Source of the DNA: an uncultured Oscillospiraceae bacterium | Lineage (GTDB): Bacteria > Bacillota > Clostridia > Oscillospirales > Acutalibacteraceae | Assembly: GCA_900552225.1 (NCBI GenBank) | Contig: URYX01000001.1 | Span: 1 to 47,268 of the forward strand | Reading direction: 5' to 3' | DNA: 47,268 nucleotides | In this document: positions 8,906 through 17,238 of the stretch, piece by piece | How positions within the stretch are numbered: the first letter of the stretch is position 1 | How the letters are laid out: every line of letters starts with the position of its first letter | The notes under the pieces: model-generated | Database searches by the model: none | The model's input: only the letters and a program-made list of their open reading frames with translations | What the model was told of the DNA's origin: nothing | Position numbers and translations under genes: made by a program

Positions 8906-8926
8906 GCGGCGGCAGGAGGAATCAAC

Positions 8927-11620
8927 GTGAACAAGCAGTACTTAAGACCGTGCCGTATCGCGGCGTTGCTGTGCGCGGCCGCTCTGACGGCCGCGATGCT
9001 GTCGTCGGCGGAGTCGTCGGAGACCGCGGAGAGGCAGCCGTCGGGGCAGACCGGCTCGGCCGGCAGCCTGTCGTCGGAGGTAACGGAGCTGACCTCCGGG
9101 GAGCGCTTCCGCCGGGATTTTTATACGTCGGACAGCCGCCTGATCCCGCCGGAGGGAATGACGGCCGGCGTCGGAACGGACATTCCCGAGGGGATGGAGC
9201 GGGGGGCCGCGAGGGGCGGCCTGGAGCTGTATTTTTCGGAGGAGACGACCGAATTTGCCGTGCGCGACACCGCGTCCGGCAAGGTGTGGCTGTCGGCTCC
9301 GTCCGATCGGTCGCTGGACCTGGTGGCGGTCGGTGATGCACAAAAGAGACTGTCGGCGCTGCTCTGGCTGGATTTTTACAATGCCAAGGGCGCACTGCAG
9401 ACCTTCGATTCCTATAACCAATCGGTTGCGTTCGGCAGCTTCACGACCGAACGGCTGCCGGACGGCGTCGGCATTCACTACCGGATCGGCAAGCCGAAGA
9501 CGGTGACCAGCGCCGATGTGCCGAACATCATTTTTGCGGATCGGTTTGAGAGCTTTTTGGCGCGGATGACCCCGTCCCAGGCGGACGACACCTCCAGCCG
9601 CTACCGGAAATACTCGCTGTCCTCGGCCCGTACCGAGGAGGCCCGGCAGAAGATTCTGAACCAGTATCCCACGGCGGCGCAGGGCGACATCTACGTGCTG
9701 CGCAACCCCGAGGATCCGCTGCTCTCCATGATCGCGGACAATCTGCGCGCGGCCGGATATACGGACGAGGACCTGGCGCAGGATCACGCGGCGCACGGCA
9801 TCGAGGCGGTGTCGGAGCCGGCGGAGATGTTCGAGGTGACCCTGCACCTGCGGCTGCAAAACGGGAGGCTGTCGGCCGAAATTCCCGGCGACTCCATCCG
9901 GAGCCCGGAGGGATCGCCGCTGTACCGCCTGCATGTGCTGCCCTGCTTCGGAGCGGCCAACCTGAGCTCGCGCGGCTATATGCTGGTGCCGGACGGCGCC
10001 GGCGGACTGGTTTATCTCAACAGCTTTTCCTCGACCAACGAGGCGCTGCAGCTTCCCGTCTACGGGGCGGACGAGGTGCTGCGCCGGACGGAGGCGGGGG
10101 CCCGGACGGAGGCGGTCTGCCTGCCGGTGTTCGGCATGAAAAACGAGGACGCCGGCTTTGCGGCCTCCATCGACGCGGGCGAGGCTGCGGCCACGGTAAA
10201 CTGCGCCATTCCGGGACTGCAGAATTCCTATAACTGCGTGTGGGCCTCATTCCTGCTGAACCCGCGCGATTCGTTCAGCTCGGTCGGCAACGGCGTCGTC
10301 ACCACGATGTACCCGTCGCAGCTCTGGGCGGGCGACCTGGCAGTATCCTTCGATTTTCTCGGCGCGGAGGAGGCCGACGTGGCCGGCATGGCCCGCTCCT
10401 GCCGCCGCTGGCTGCAGGAACGGGGACTGCTGACCTCGACGCGCCTGACGGATACGCATCAGACCTTCTTGCTGGAGACGGTCGGCATGGCGGACCGCGA
10501 TGCCTCCTTCCTCGGCCTGATCCCGTATAAAAAGAAGCTGACGCTGACCACCTTCGAGGAGACGGAGACCATCCTGCGCACCCTGCGGGAGCAGGGCGTG
10601 GAGTCGATCGCACTGCAGCTTTCGGGCTGGATGAAGGGCGGCCTCCGCCATACCTCGGATTCCCGCAAGCCCGAGAGCGGATTGGGCGGGACCAAGGGCC
10701 TGTCCTCCCTGCTGGAGACGGCGCATGCGGAGCAGATCTCCGTGTTCGGCAGCATGGGAATCCAGGAGGTCAGCAGCCCGTCGCTGTTCTATCCCAAGAA
10801 GTCGCGGCTGGTGCGGCGGCTCGGTGACGTGTACGCACACCGCGCCCGGTTCGATTACGCCAGCGGGCTGGCGCTCGGCAATGAGGATACCCCCTATCTG
10901 CTGACGCCGTCCCTGCTGCCCGACGAGGCCGCTGCGGCGGCGGAGGCGCTCATGCAGCTGGGCTTCGACGGTGCGGCGGTGCCCGATCTCGGCCAAAGCC
11001 TCTATTCGGACTATCACGAGAGTCATTTTGTGCGGCGGGACGAGAGCCAGCAGTACACGCGGCAGGCGCTGGAGGCGCTGTCCGCGGGCGGCGGGGCACT
11101 GGTGGACACGGGCTATGCCTATGCGCTGTCCTCGGCGGCCATGCTGACCAATCTGCCGCTCGGGGGAAGCGGATATTCCCGCGTCAACGAGGAAGTGCCG
11201 TTTTATCCGATGGTGATTCACGGCTACCTGCGCTACGCGGGCACGGAGCTGAACCACAGCGACGACGCACAGTCGTATGCGCTGCGCTGCGTGGCCTACG
11301 GCGCCATGGTGCATTACACCTGGTCCTACCGCGACTCGTCGCAGATCAAATTCAGCAACTACAGCGATTATTATGCGCTGTGCTGGCAGGATACGCTGGA
11401 GCAGGCCGTCACGCTGTACCGGCACATCGACGGCACGACGGCGCATCTTGCCTCACAGGAGATCACCGGATACCGCAGCCTGAACGACCAGGTGACGGTG
11501 ACGGAGTACGCGGACGGCACCGCGGTATATGTCAATGCGGGCCGTAACCCGGTGACGGTGGACGGCATTGCCGTTCCGGCGATGGACTTTGTGGTGACGG
11601 AAGGGGGAACGGCACGGTGA
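8927..11620 (+). CDS. Large secreted protein of unknown function, DUF5696-like (family name from memory)
   Basis: GTG start 7 nt after AGGAGG. Signal peptide MNKQYLRPCRIAALLCAAALTAAMLSSAES. 897 aa with blocks such as YMLVPDGAGGLVYLN, LPVFGMKNEDAGFAA and IALQLSGWMKGGLRH. The coding call is firm; the family name is moderate. Confidence 0.7.
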   Translation: MNKQYLRPCRIAALLCAAALTAAMLSSAESSETAERQPSGQTGSAGSLSSEVTELTSGERFRRDFYTSDSRLIPPEGMTAGVGTDIPEGMERGAARGGLELYFSEETTEFAVRDTASGKVWLSAPSDRSLDLVAVGDAQKRLSALLWLDFYNAKGALQTFDSYNQSVAFGSFTTERLPDGVGIHYRIGKPKTVTSADVPNIIFADRFESFLARMTPSQADDTSSRYRKYSLSSARTEEARQKILNQYPTAAQGDIYVLRNPEDPLLSMIADNLRAAGYTDEDLAQDHAAHGIEAVSEPAEMFEVTLHLRLQNGRLSAEIPGDSIRSPEGSPLYRLHVLPCFGAANLSSRGYMLVPDGAGGLVYLNSFSSTNEALQLPVYGADEVLRRTEAGARTEAVCLPVFGMKNEDAGFAASIDAGEAAATVNCAIPGLQNSYNCVWASFLLNPRDSFSSVGNGVVTTMYPSQLWAGDLAVSFDFLGAEEADVAGMARSCRRWLQERGLLTSTRLTDTHQTFLLETVGMADRDASFLGLIPYKKKLTLTTFEETETILRTLREQGVESIALQLSGWMKGGLRHTSDSRKPESGLGGTKGLSSLLETAHAEQISVFGSMGIQEVSSPSLFYPKKSRLVRRLGDVYAHRARFDYASGLALGNEDTPYLLTPSLLPDEAAAAAEALMQLGFDGAAVPDLGQSLYSDYHESHFVRRDESQQYTRQALEALSAGGGALVDTGYAYALSSAAMLTNLPLGGSGYSRVNEEVPFYPMVIHGYLRYAGTELNHSDDAQSYALRCVAYGAMVHYTWSYRDSSQIKFSNYSDYYALCWQDTLEQAVTLYRHIDGTTAHLASQEITGYRSLNDQVTVTEYADGTAVYVNAGRNPVTVDGIAVPAMDFVVTEGGTAR

Positions 11621-12582
11621 AACCGGTAAAATTACTCAAGGCACGGCGGCTGCCGATGAAGCAGAAGCGCTATCTCTACGGCCTGATCTTTACCCTTCCG
11701 GCCATCATCGGCCTCGTTTGGCTGTTTCTGATTCCGCTGTTCTCCTCCCTCCGCATGAGCTTTTCCTCCGTCACCTTCGATACGCAGGCCGGGAGAGCGG
11801 TCAACGTGTTCGTGGGCACCAAAAACTATGTGACGGCGCTGCTGGAGGATGCCAATTTCAATAAATACCTGGTGGGAGCGCTGAAGAAAACGGCGGTCGA
11901 GGTGCCGATCATCGTCCTGTTCAGCTTCTTTGCGGCCACGCTGATCCATGAGAAATTTCCCGGCCGCGGGGTGGCGCGCTTTTTCTTCTTTCTGCCGCTC
12001 GTGCTGGCCTCGGCCACGGTCATGACGATGGACTCGACCGACCTGTTCCAGAACTCCATGGCCAACGCGGATTTTAAATCGATCGACGGGGCGGGAGGCT
12101 TCCTGCAGGGCATCGAGCTCGCCCGGCTTTTGGAATTCACCGGACTGCCGGAATCCCTGTGTGACCTGATTCTGAACGGTGTCAACAGCGTGTTCAAGGT
12201 CATCAGCCTCTCGGGAGTGCAGATCATCGTGCTGCTTGCGGCTCTGCAGTCGGTGTCCCCGTCTCTGTATGAGATGGCGAGGGTGGAGGGGGCCTCCTCG
12301 TGGGAGATTTTCTGGAAAATCACCTTTGTGCTGATTTCCCCGATGCTGCTGCTGTGCGCCATCTACTCGGTGGTGGATTCCTTCACCGCCTATGACAACC
12401 GGGTCATCCTGGAGGTCTCGGAGCAGATGTACGGCAAGGGCAACTACGGCCTGGCCTCGGCCATGTCGTGGATCTACTTTGTGGTGGTGACCGTCATCCT
12501 GCTGATTGTGGCGGGTGTCGGCTCCAGGCTCGTGTTCTACTACGATAACTTACGGGCGGAGAGAAAGGAGGAAGCGGTATGA
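11617..12582 (+). CDS. Sugar ABC transporter permease (MalF/CUT1-type), second system
   Basis: EAA loop EMARVEGASSWEIFWKITFVLISPML. The GTG at 11617 overlaps the upstream stop (GTGA). An alternative ATG at 11656 (MKQKRYLYGLIF) is possible. Confidence 0.88.
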   Translation: MKPVKLLKARRLPMKQKRYLYGLIFTLPAIIGLVWLFLIPLFSSLRMSFSSVTFDTQAGRAVNVFVGTKNYVTALLEDANFNKYLVGALKKTAVEVPIIVLFSFFAATLIHEKFPGRGVARFFFFLPLVLASATVMTMDSTDLFQNSMANADFKSIDGAGGFLQGIELARLLEFTGLPESLCDLILNGVNSVFKVISLSGVQIIVLLAALQSVSPSLYEMARVEGASSWEIFWKITFVLISPMLLLCAIYSVVDSFTAYDNRVILEVSEQMYGKGNYGLASAMSWIYFVVVTVILLIVAGVGSRLVFYYDNLRAERKEEAV

Positions 12583-13553
12583 CAAGACAGCGCGTATCCC
12601 TGCTCCGTTCGGGAGCGGGACGGCAGCGGCTCGAGAACAAAAGCCGGAGGATTGCGTGGCACGTGGTGCGCTATCTGCTGGTGTTCGGCATCTCCTTCAT
12701 CATCATCTACCCGATGCTGGTCAAGCTGTCGGTTTCGCTGATGACGGAGGCCGACCTGATGGACCCCACCGTCAAATGGGTGCCGCGTCACGTAACGTGG
12801 GACAATTACGCCAAGGTAATCGAGGCGCTGCATATCCAGAGCTCGCTGCTTAATTCGCTGCTTTATACGGTGGGCATCACGGCGCTGCAGCTGCTGAGCT
12901 GCACCATGGTGGCCTACGGGCTGGCCCGCTACGCCTACCCCGGCAGCAGGCTCGTGTTCCTGCTGATGATTTTCACACTGGTGATCCCGCCGCAGACCTA
13001 TATGTCGGGCCTGTACGTGCAGTTCCGGTTTTGGGATCCGTTCGGGCTGGTGACGGCCCTGACGGGGAGCACAGGGGTGACGAATACCTTTGTCCCCTTC
13101 ATCCTGCAGGCGGTGCTGTGCCAGGGCCTGCGCAACGGACTGTATGTGTTCCTGATGCGGCAGTATTTCCGGAATCTGCCGGGTGAGCTGGAGGAGGCGG
13201 CCAACGTGGACGGGGCCGGGGTGATGAAGGTGTTTTTCCGGATCATCCTGCCGAACTCCGTCCCGATCCTGGTGACCGTCAGCGTGCTCTCGGTGGTGTG
13301 GCAGTGGAACGACAGCTATAACAACGCCATGCTGGCAAGTCAGATGGACTTTCTGGCCACCAACGTCGGCAACATCGGCACCCTGCTGCGGGAGGGACAT
13401 CAGTCCGCGGACCATCTGGCCGGCAACTCGGCCCTGCTGTCCGCCTGCAAGAACGCCGCGGCCATGCTGATGAGTCTGCCGATCGTGATTTTCTTCGCAC
13501 TGGTGCAGAAGAGCTTTTCGGAAAACCTGGCGCGAACCGGTATTGTAGGCTGA
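12579..13553 (+). CDS. Carbohydrate ABC transporter permease (MalG/CUT1-type), second system
   Basis: ATGA start/stop overlap with the upstream permease. EAA loop EAANVDGAGVMKVFFRIILPNSVPIL. Confidence 0.9.
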   Translation: MTRQRVSLLRSGAGRQRLENKSRRIAWHVVRYLLVFGISFIIIYPMLVKLSVSLMTEADLMDPTVKWVPRHVTWDNYAKVIEALHIQSSLLNSLLYTVGITALQLLSCTMVAYGLARYAYPGSRLVFLLMIFTLVIPPQTYMSGLYVQFRFWDPFGLVTALTGSTGVTNTFVPFILQAVLCQGLRNGLYVFLMRQYFRNLPGELEEAANVDGAGVMKVFFRIILPNSVPILVTVSVLSVVWQWNDSYNNAMLASQMDFLATNVGNIGTLLREGHQSADHLAGNSALLSACKNAAAMLMSLPIVIFFALVQKSFSENLARTGIVG

Positions 13554-13610
13554 CGGCGAAGATAGGAAGCCGTTGCAAATATAAGTCAAGATAAAGAGAG
13601 GTAATGAAAC

Positions 13611-15032
13611 ATGACAAAGTGGATGGCAAGGCTTTTGGCGCTGACGCTGGCGTTTGCGCTGCTGATGACGGGCTGCTCCGATACACCGGCGGCCTCGGGT
13701 ACCTCCGATGGCAGCAGGACCGGCTCCGGCAGCACACCGGACGGCAGCAGTCCGTCGGGCGAGACGATGGACCTGGGCGGCATGGAGATCGTGTTTACGT
13801 CCATGGGCCCCGGCTATTTCGATGTGGACGAGAGCTCCGATATCTACGACGAAATGCAGGATTTTATCGCGGAGGTGGAGACGCGCTTCCACTGCAAGCT
13901 GCGCTTTGACCACTACGGCCCGTGGGACGTCTATTTCCAGAAGCTGCAGGACATGACCATGAACGGTGACTTCTTCGGAGATATCGTGGCATTTGATGCC
14001 TACATCTATCCCTCCACGCTCCTCAACGGCATCTTCGTGCCGATTGACGAGTATATCAACGTGAAGGATTATGACCTGTGGGAGCAGGGCTGCGAGGACT
14101 TCTTCACCATCAAGAACCGCATCTATGCGGTCAGTGCACATTCGGAGACGCTTGTCCCGCTGTACTTCTGCCTCTATAACAAGACCCTGTTTGAGGAAAA
14201 GGGCCTCAGCGCTAAATATGACCTGAAATCGATGGCCATGAACCGCGAGTGGACGTGGGATAAATTCCGCGAGGTCATGCGTGCCTCCACGCTCGATACC
14301 AACGGCGACGGTGTGACGGATATCTGGGGCCTCAGCGCCCAGGGCTATCAGTTTGCGACGCTGCCGAATGCGCTGTCCATCGCCAACGACGCGATGGCCA
14401 CCCGCAAAAACGGGGACAGCGTCAAGGTGACCATGAACGAGGCCCCCTATCTGGAGACGCTGGAATTCGTCAATAAGCTGACCTGGGAGGATAAGGCGGT
14501 GTCCACGGACGATAAGTGGCGTGCCTATGACTCCTTCAACAAATTCGCGCTCGGAGAGAGCATGTTCTGGATCGGCACCAACTGGTGGGTCTCCACGCTG
14601 CAGACGATGGTGGACGACACGGTGTTCAGCGTGCTGCCGGTGCCGATCGGCCCGAACGCAGGCGGCGAATACATCGTGCGCGATAAGGGCAATGTGCACA
14701 CCTTCGGTATGCTGTCCACCTGTGAGCACAAGAAGGAGGCGGGCGCGGTCTTTGAGTATTTCATGAAGAACCGTCCGACCGACGGCAAGTCGGTGCGCGC
14801 CTCCTGGAGCGATATGGTGTTTGATACCGATTCGCTCGACGTGATCGAGATGCTGTCGAAGCTCCCGCACAGCTTTGCGTGGACGGATGCCAACACGACG
14901 AGCTTCAGTGAGGTCATGCTCGGAGAGCACGGCATCCCGGACCGTATCCCGCCCGCCACCTTTGTGGCTACGGTGCAGGACCGTCTGCAGGCCGACCTCG
15001 ACCAGCTGTGGAGCCTGGCGGATTTTGACTGA
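13611..15032 (+). CDS. ABC sugar-binding lipoprotein (family-1 SBP)
   Basis: Canonical lipobox MTKWMARLLALTLAFALLMTGCSD, followed by a Ser/Gly/Thr linker and an SBP-like fold pattern. Confidence 0.9.
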   Translation: MTKWMARLLALTLAFALLMTGCSDTPAASGTSDGSRTGSGSTPDGSSPSGETMDLGGMEIVFTSMGPGYFDVDESSDIYDEMQDFIAEVETRFHCKLRFDHYGPWDVYFQKLQDMTMNGDFFGDIVAFDAYIYPSTLLNGIFVPIDEYINVKDYDLWEQGCEDFFTIKNRIYAVSAHSETLVPLYFCLYNKTLFEEKGLSAKYDLKSMAMNREWTWDKFREVMRASTLDTNGDGVTDIWGLSAQGYQFATLPNALSIANDAMATRKNGDSVKVTMNEAPYLETLEFVNKLTWEDKAVSTDDKWRAYDSFNKFALGESMFWIGTNWWVSTLQTMVDDTVFSVLPVPIGPNAGGEYIVRDKGNVHTFGMLSTCEHKKEAGAVFEYFMKNRPTDGKSVRASWSDMVFDTDSLDVIEMLSKLPHSFAWTDANTTSFSEVMLGEHGIPDRIPPATFVATVQDRLQADLDQLWSLADFD

Positions 15033-15078
15033 GTCCGCATTCCGTAAAGGGCCGCGCAAGGCGGTCTCCCGAGAAAGG

Positions 15079-17190
15079 ATGAGTTACGTGAAAAGATGGT
15101 TGGCGGGCGTCTGTGCCCTGCTCCTGACACTGTCCCTGTCGGCGTGCCATACGTCGGACGGCCCTTCGGGGCCGTCCTCCTCGGCGCCGTCTGCATCCGA
15201 CGGAACAGGAGATTCCGATACGTCGGCGCCGTCGGGGAGCGGATCGGAGGTCTCCGCACCGGATGTCCCGGCGGCGGGCACCTCTTTGGAGGTGCCGAAG
15301 TTTTCCAAGGCGAACGCGCTGCTTTACAATAAGAACTATACGATTCAGGTGCGCGAGGAGGGCGGCGAGTGGCAGAGCATCAAGGCCTACCTCACCCGTA
15401 TCAATGCCAATACCTATCAGAATATCAAGGCGACCGACCCGGTGGAGAACGCCTCCACCGTCTATTTCGGTATCGGTGACAAGCCGGTGGAGGTGTCGCT
15501 GAAGAAGGCGGAGGGCCGCATCGACCGCGTCGAATTCCTCCCGGAATCGGAGGCGGCCAGTGCGTCGGTGTCCGATGGTGAGGCCACCGTCCGGATCACG
15601 GCCCCCTGCAATCTCTGCCTGCGCATCAACGGCGAGCGCTATGACCTGGTGCACATTTTCGTGAATGCCGCCAACCCGGATCGCCCGACCGAGAGCTCCG
15701 GCGACGTGATCGTGATTCCCCCGGGACGCACCAGCGCCCCGATGGCAGGAACGCAGTCGTGGAACGGGGCCCTGCGCGACCTGCGCATCTACCCGACATC
15801 GCTGACCGAGGCGCAGGTACAGCAGGCGGCCGGCGGCGCCGATCTCGGCGGCTACACCTACCGCTGGGCGCTGGAATCCGACGCCAACGAGGCGGGCGGC
15901 CGGCAGTCCACGGTGCTGGGCGAGCCGGGCTTTGACCCCTCCTTCGAGGGCGCCCCGACGGGCTGTGTGCGGATGAACGCCGACGGCGAAGCCATCCAGA
16001 CGGGCCTCGGACAGAGCTCGGATGAGCTCGACCACTATTCCATCACAGTGTGGGCCTATCTGAAGGACAGCCGCCAGACCTATACCATCATGAACGAGCT
16101 GCTGAAGGTCGAGGAGGGCGGCTATATCGCCTCAAACATCGGGGACTGGGTGCATCCCTATCAGACCTCGATCCCCATGAAGGTGGGGGTGTGGCAGCAG
16201 ATCACGCTGGTCAAGGACGGCTCCGATGTCACGATTTATATCGACGGCGAGAGCGGCGGCCGCGAGGAGCGCGAGCCGCAGGAAAATCCCTATACTTATA
16301 TCATCGGCAGTGCACTGCCCGGCCGTGAGCTGCTGCTGCATGACAACCAGACGCTGGTGATCTCCCCCGGAGCCGTGCTGTACGGCACGGTGGCGGTGCG
16401 CGGCGCGAAGAACGTCACCATCATGGGCGGCGGCATGATCGACATCACGCAGTCGGAAAATTCCGCCACCTGCTACAGCGGTCTGGTCATCAGCCACTCG
16501 GAAAATGTGCTGGTGCGGGACATCATCGTCAACAACCCGCGGATTTTCTCCGTGCGGACGATGTATTCGGACAATGTGACGTGGAAAAACGTCAAAATCT
16601 TCAGCTCATGGGGCCCGTCGGACGGCTGCAACATCCTCGGCTCCTCCCACGTAACGGTGGACGGCTGCTTTATCCGCAGCAACGATGACGGCGTGTCCGT
16701 TTCGGGCGGAAGCCACGACCTGACCATCCGCAACACCACGATTGCCAACGATGCCGCGCACAGCTTCTTCATCAGCGACGCGCAGCGCGTGACGGCGGAG
16801 AACATCTACATTCTGGACAGCAAGCAGTTCTCGGGCGGCTACCGCGGCGTGCTCGGCATCTGCGCCGACGGCGCGGCGGAAATCGCGGACATCACGTTTG
16901 CGCATATCCGCGTGGGCGACATCCGGGATAATGCCCTGTTCAACTTCAGCGTGCAGTATGACTGGTCGTATACGCTGGAGCCGGGGCGCAGCGTGCGGAA
17001 TATCACGGTGTCCGACCTGGAATATAACGGCGAGGGCTATGAGCTTTCGACTATCCAGGGCTATGAGGCCGGCCGGACCGTCAGCGGCGTTCACTTTGAG
17101 AATGTACGCATCAACGGACAGCATCTGACCGGCGAGTGGGAGGGTATGCTGGAAATCGGGAAGTTTGCCGATAACGTGACCTTCTCCTGA
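15079..17190 (+). CDS. Secreted lipoprotein glycosidase: N-terminal beta-sandwich, LamG (concanavalin-like) insert, right-handed beta-helix (clan GH-N, GH28/GH49-like)
   Basis: The tracked ORF starts at 14875 inside the SBP gene. The real start is ATG 15079 (or GTG 15088), giving MSYVKRWLAGVCALLLTLSLSACHTSDG (lipobox). LamG-type strand WNGALRDLRIYPTSLTEAQV and body HYSITVWAYLKD...ITLVKDGSDVTIYIDGE. Beta-helix motifs GPSDGCNILG, IRSNDDGVSVS, NDAAHSFF. Confidence 0.8.
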   Translation: MSYVKRWLAGVCALLLTLSLSACHTSDGPSGPSSSAPSASDGTGDSDTSAPSGSGSEVSAPDVPAAGTSLEVPKFSKANALLYNKNYTIQVREEGGEWQSIKAYLTRINANTYQNIKATDPVENASTVYFGIGDKPVEVSLKKAEGRIDRVEFLPESEAASASVSDGEATVRITAPCNLCLRINGERYDLVHIFVNAANPDRPTESSGDVIVIPPGRTSAPMAGTQSWNGALRDLRIYPTSLTEAQVQQAAGGADLGGYTYRWALESDANEAGGRQSTVLGEPGFDPSFEGAPTGCVRMNADGEAIQTGLGQSSDELDHYSITVWAYLKDSRQTYTIMNELLKVEEGGYIASNIGDWVHPYQTSIPMKVGVWQQITLVKDGSDVTIYIDGESGGREEREPQENPYTYIIGSALPGRELLLHDNQTLVISPGAVLYGTVAVRGAKNVTIMGGGMIDITQSENSATCYSGLVISHSENVLVRDIIVNNPRIFSVRTMYSDNVTWKNVKIFSSWGPSDGCNILGSSHVTVDGCFIRSNDDGVSVSGGSHDLTIRNTTIANDAAHSFFISDAQRVTAENIYILDSKQFSGGYRGVLGICADGAAEIADITFAHIRVGDIRDNALFNFSVQYDWSYTLEPGRSVRNITVSDLEYNGEGYELSTIQGYEAGRTVSGVHFENVRINGQHLTGEWEGMLEIGKFADNVTFS

Positions 17191-17238
17191 GAAAATCACC
17201 GGGCCGGAGGAGTCCGGCCGTCGGAAAGGAATTAGTCT

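Noticed and set aside
4914-13553. Absence of an ATPase gene for the two sugar ABC importers
   Set aside because: CUT1-family importers in Firmicutes typically share a distantly encoded MsmX/MsmK-type ATPase, so this is normal rather than a sign of a defective or novel system.
14875-15078. Upstream extension of the lipoprotein glycosidase ORF, overlapping the SBP gene by ~150 nt
   Set aside because: The extension is Arg/Ser/Cys-rich junk. A start at 15079 (or 15088) gives a textbook lipoprotein signal peptide, and an RBS-like GAGAAAGG lies just upstream.
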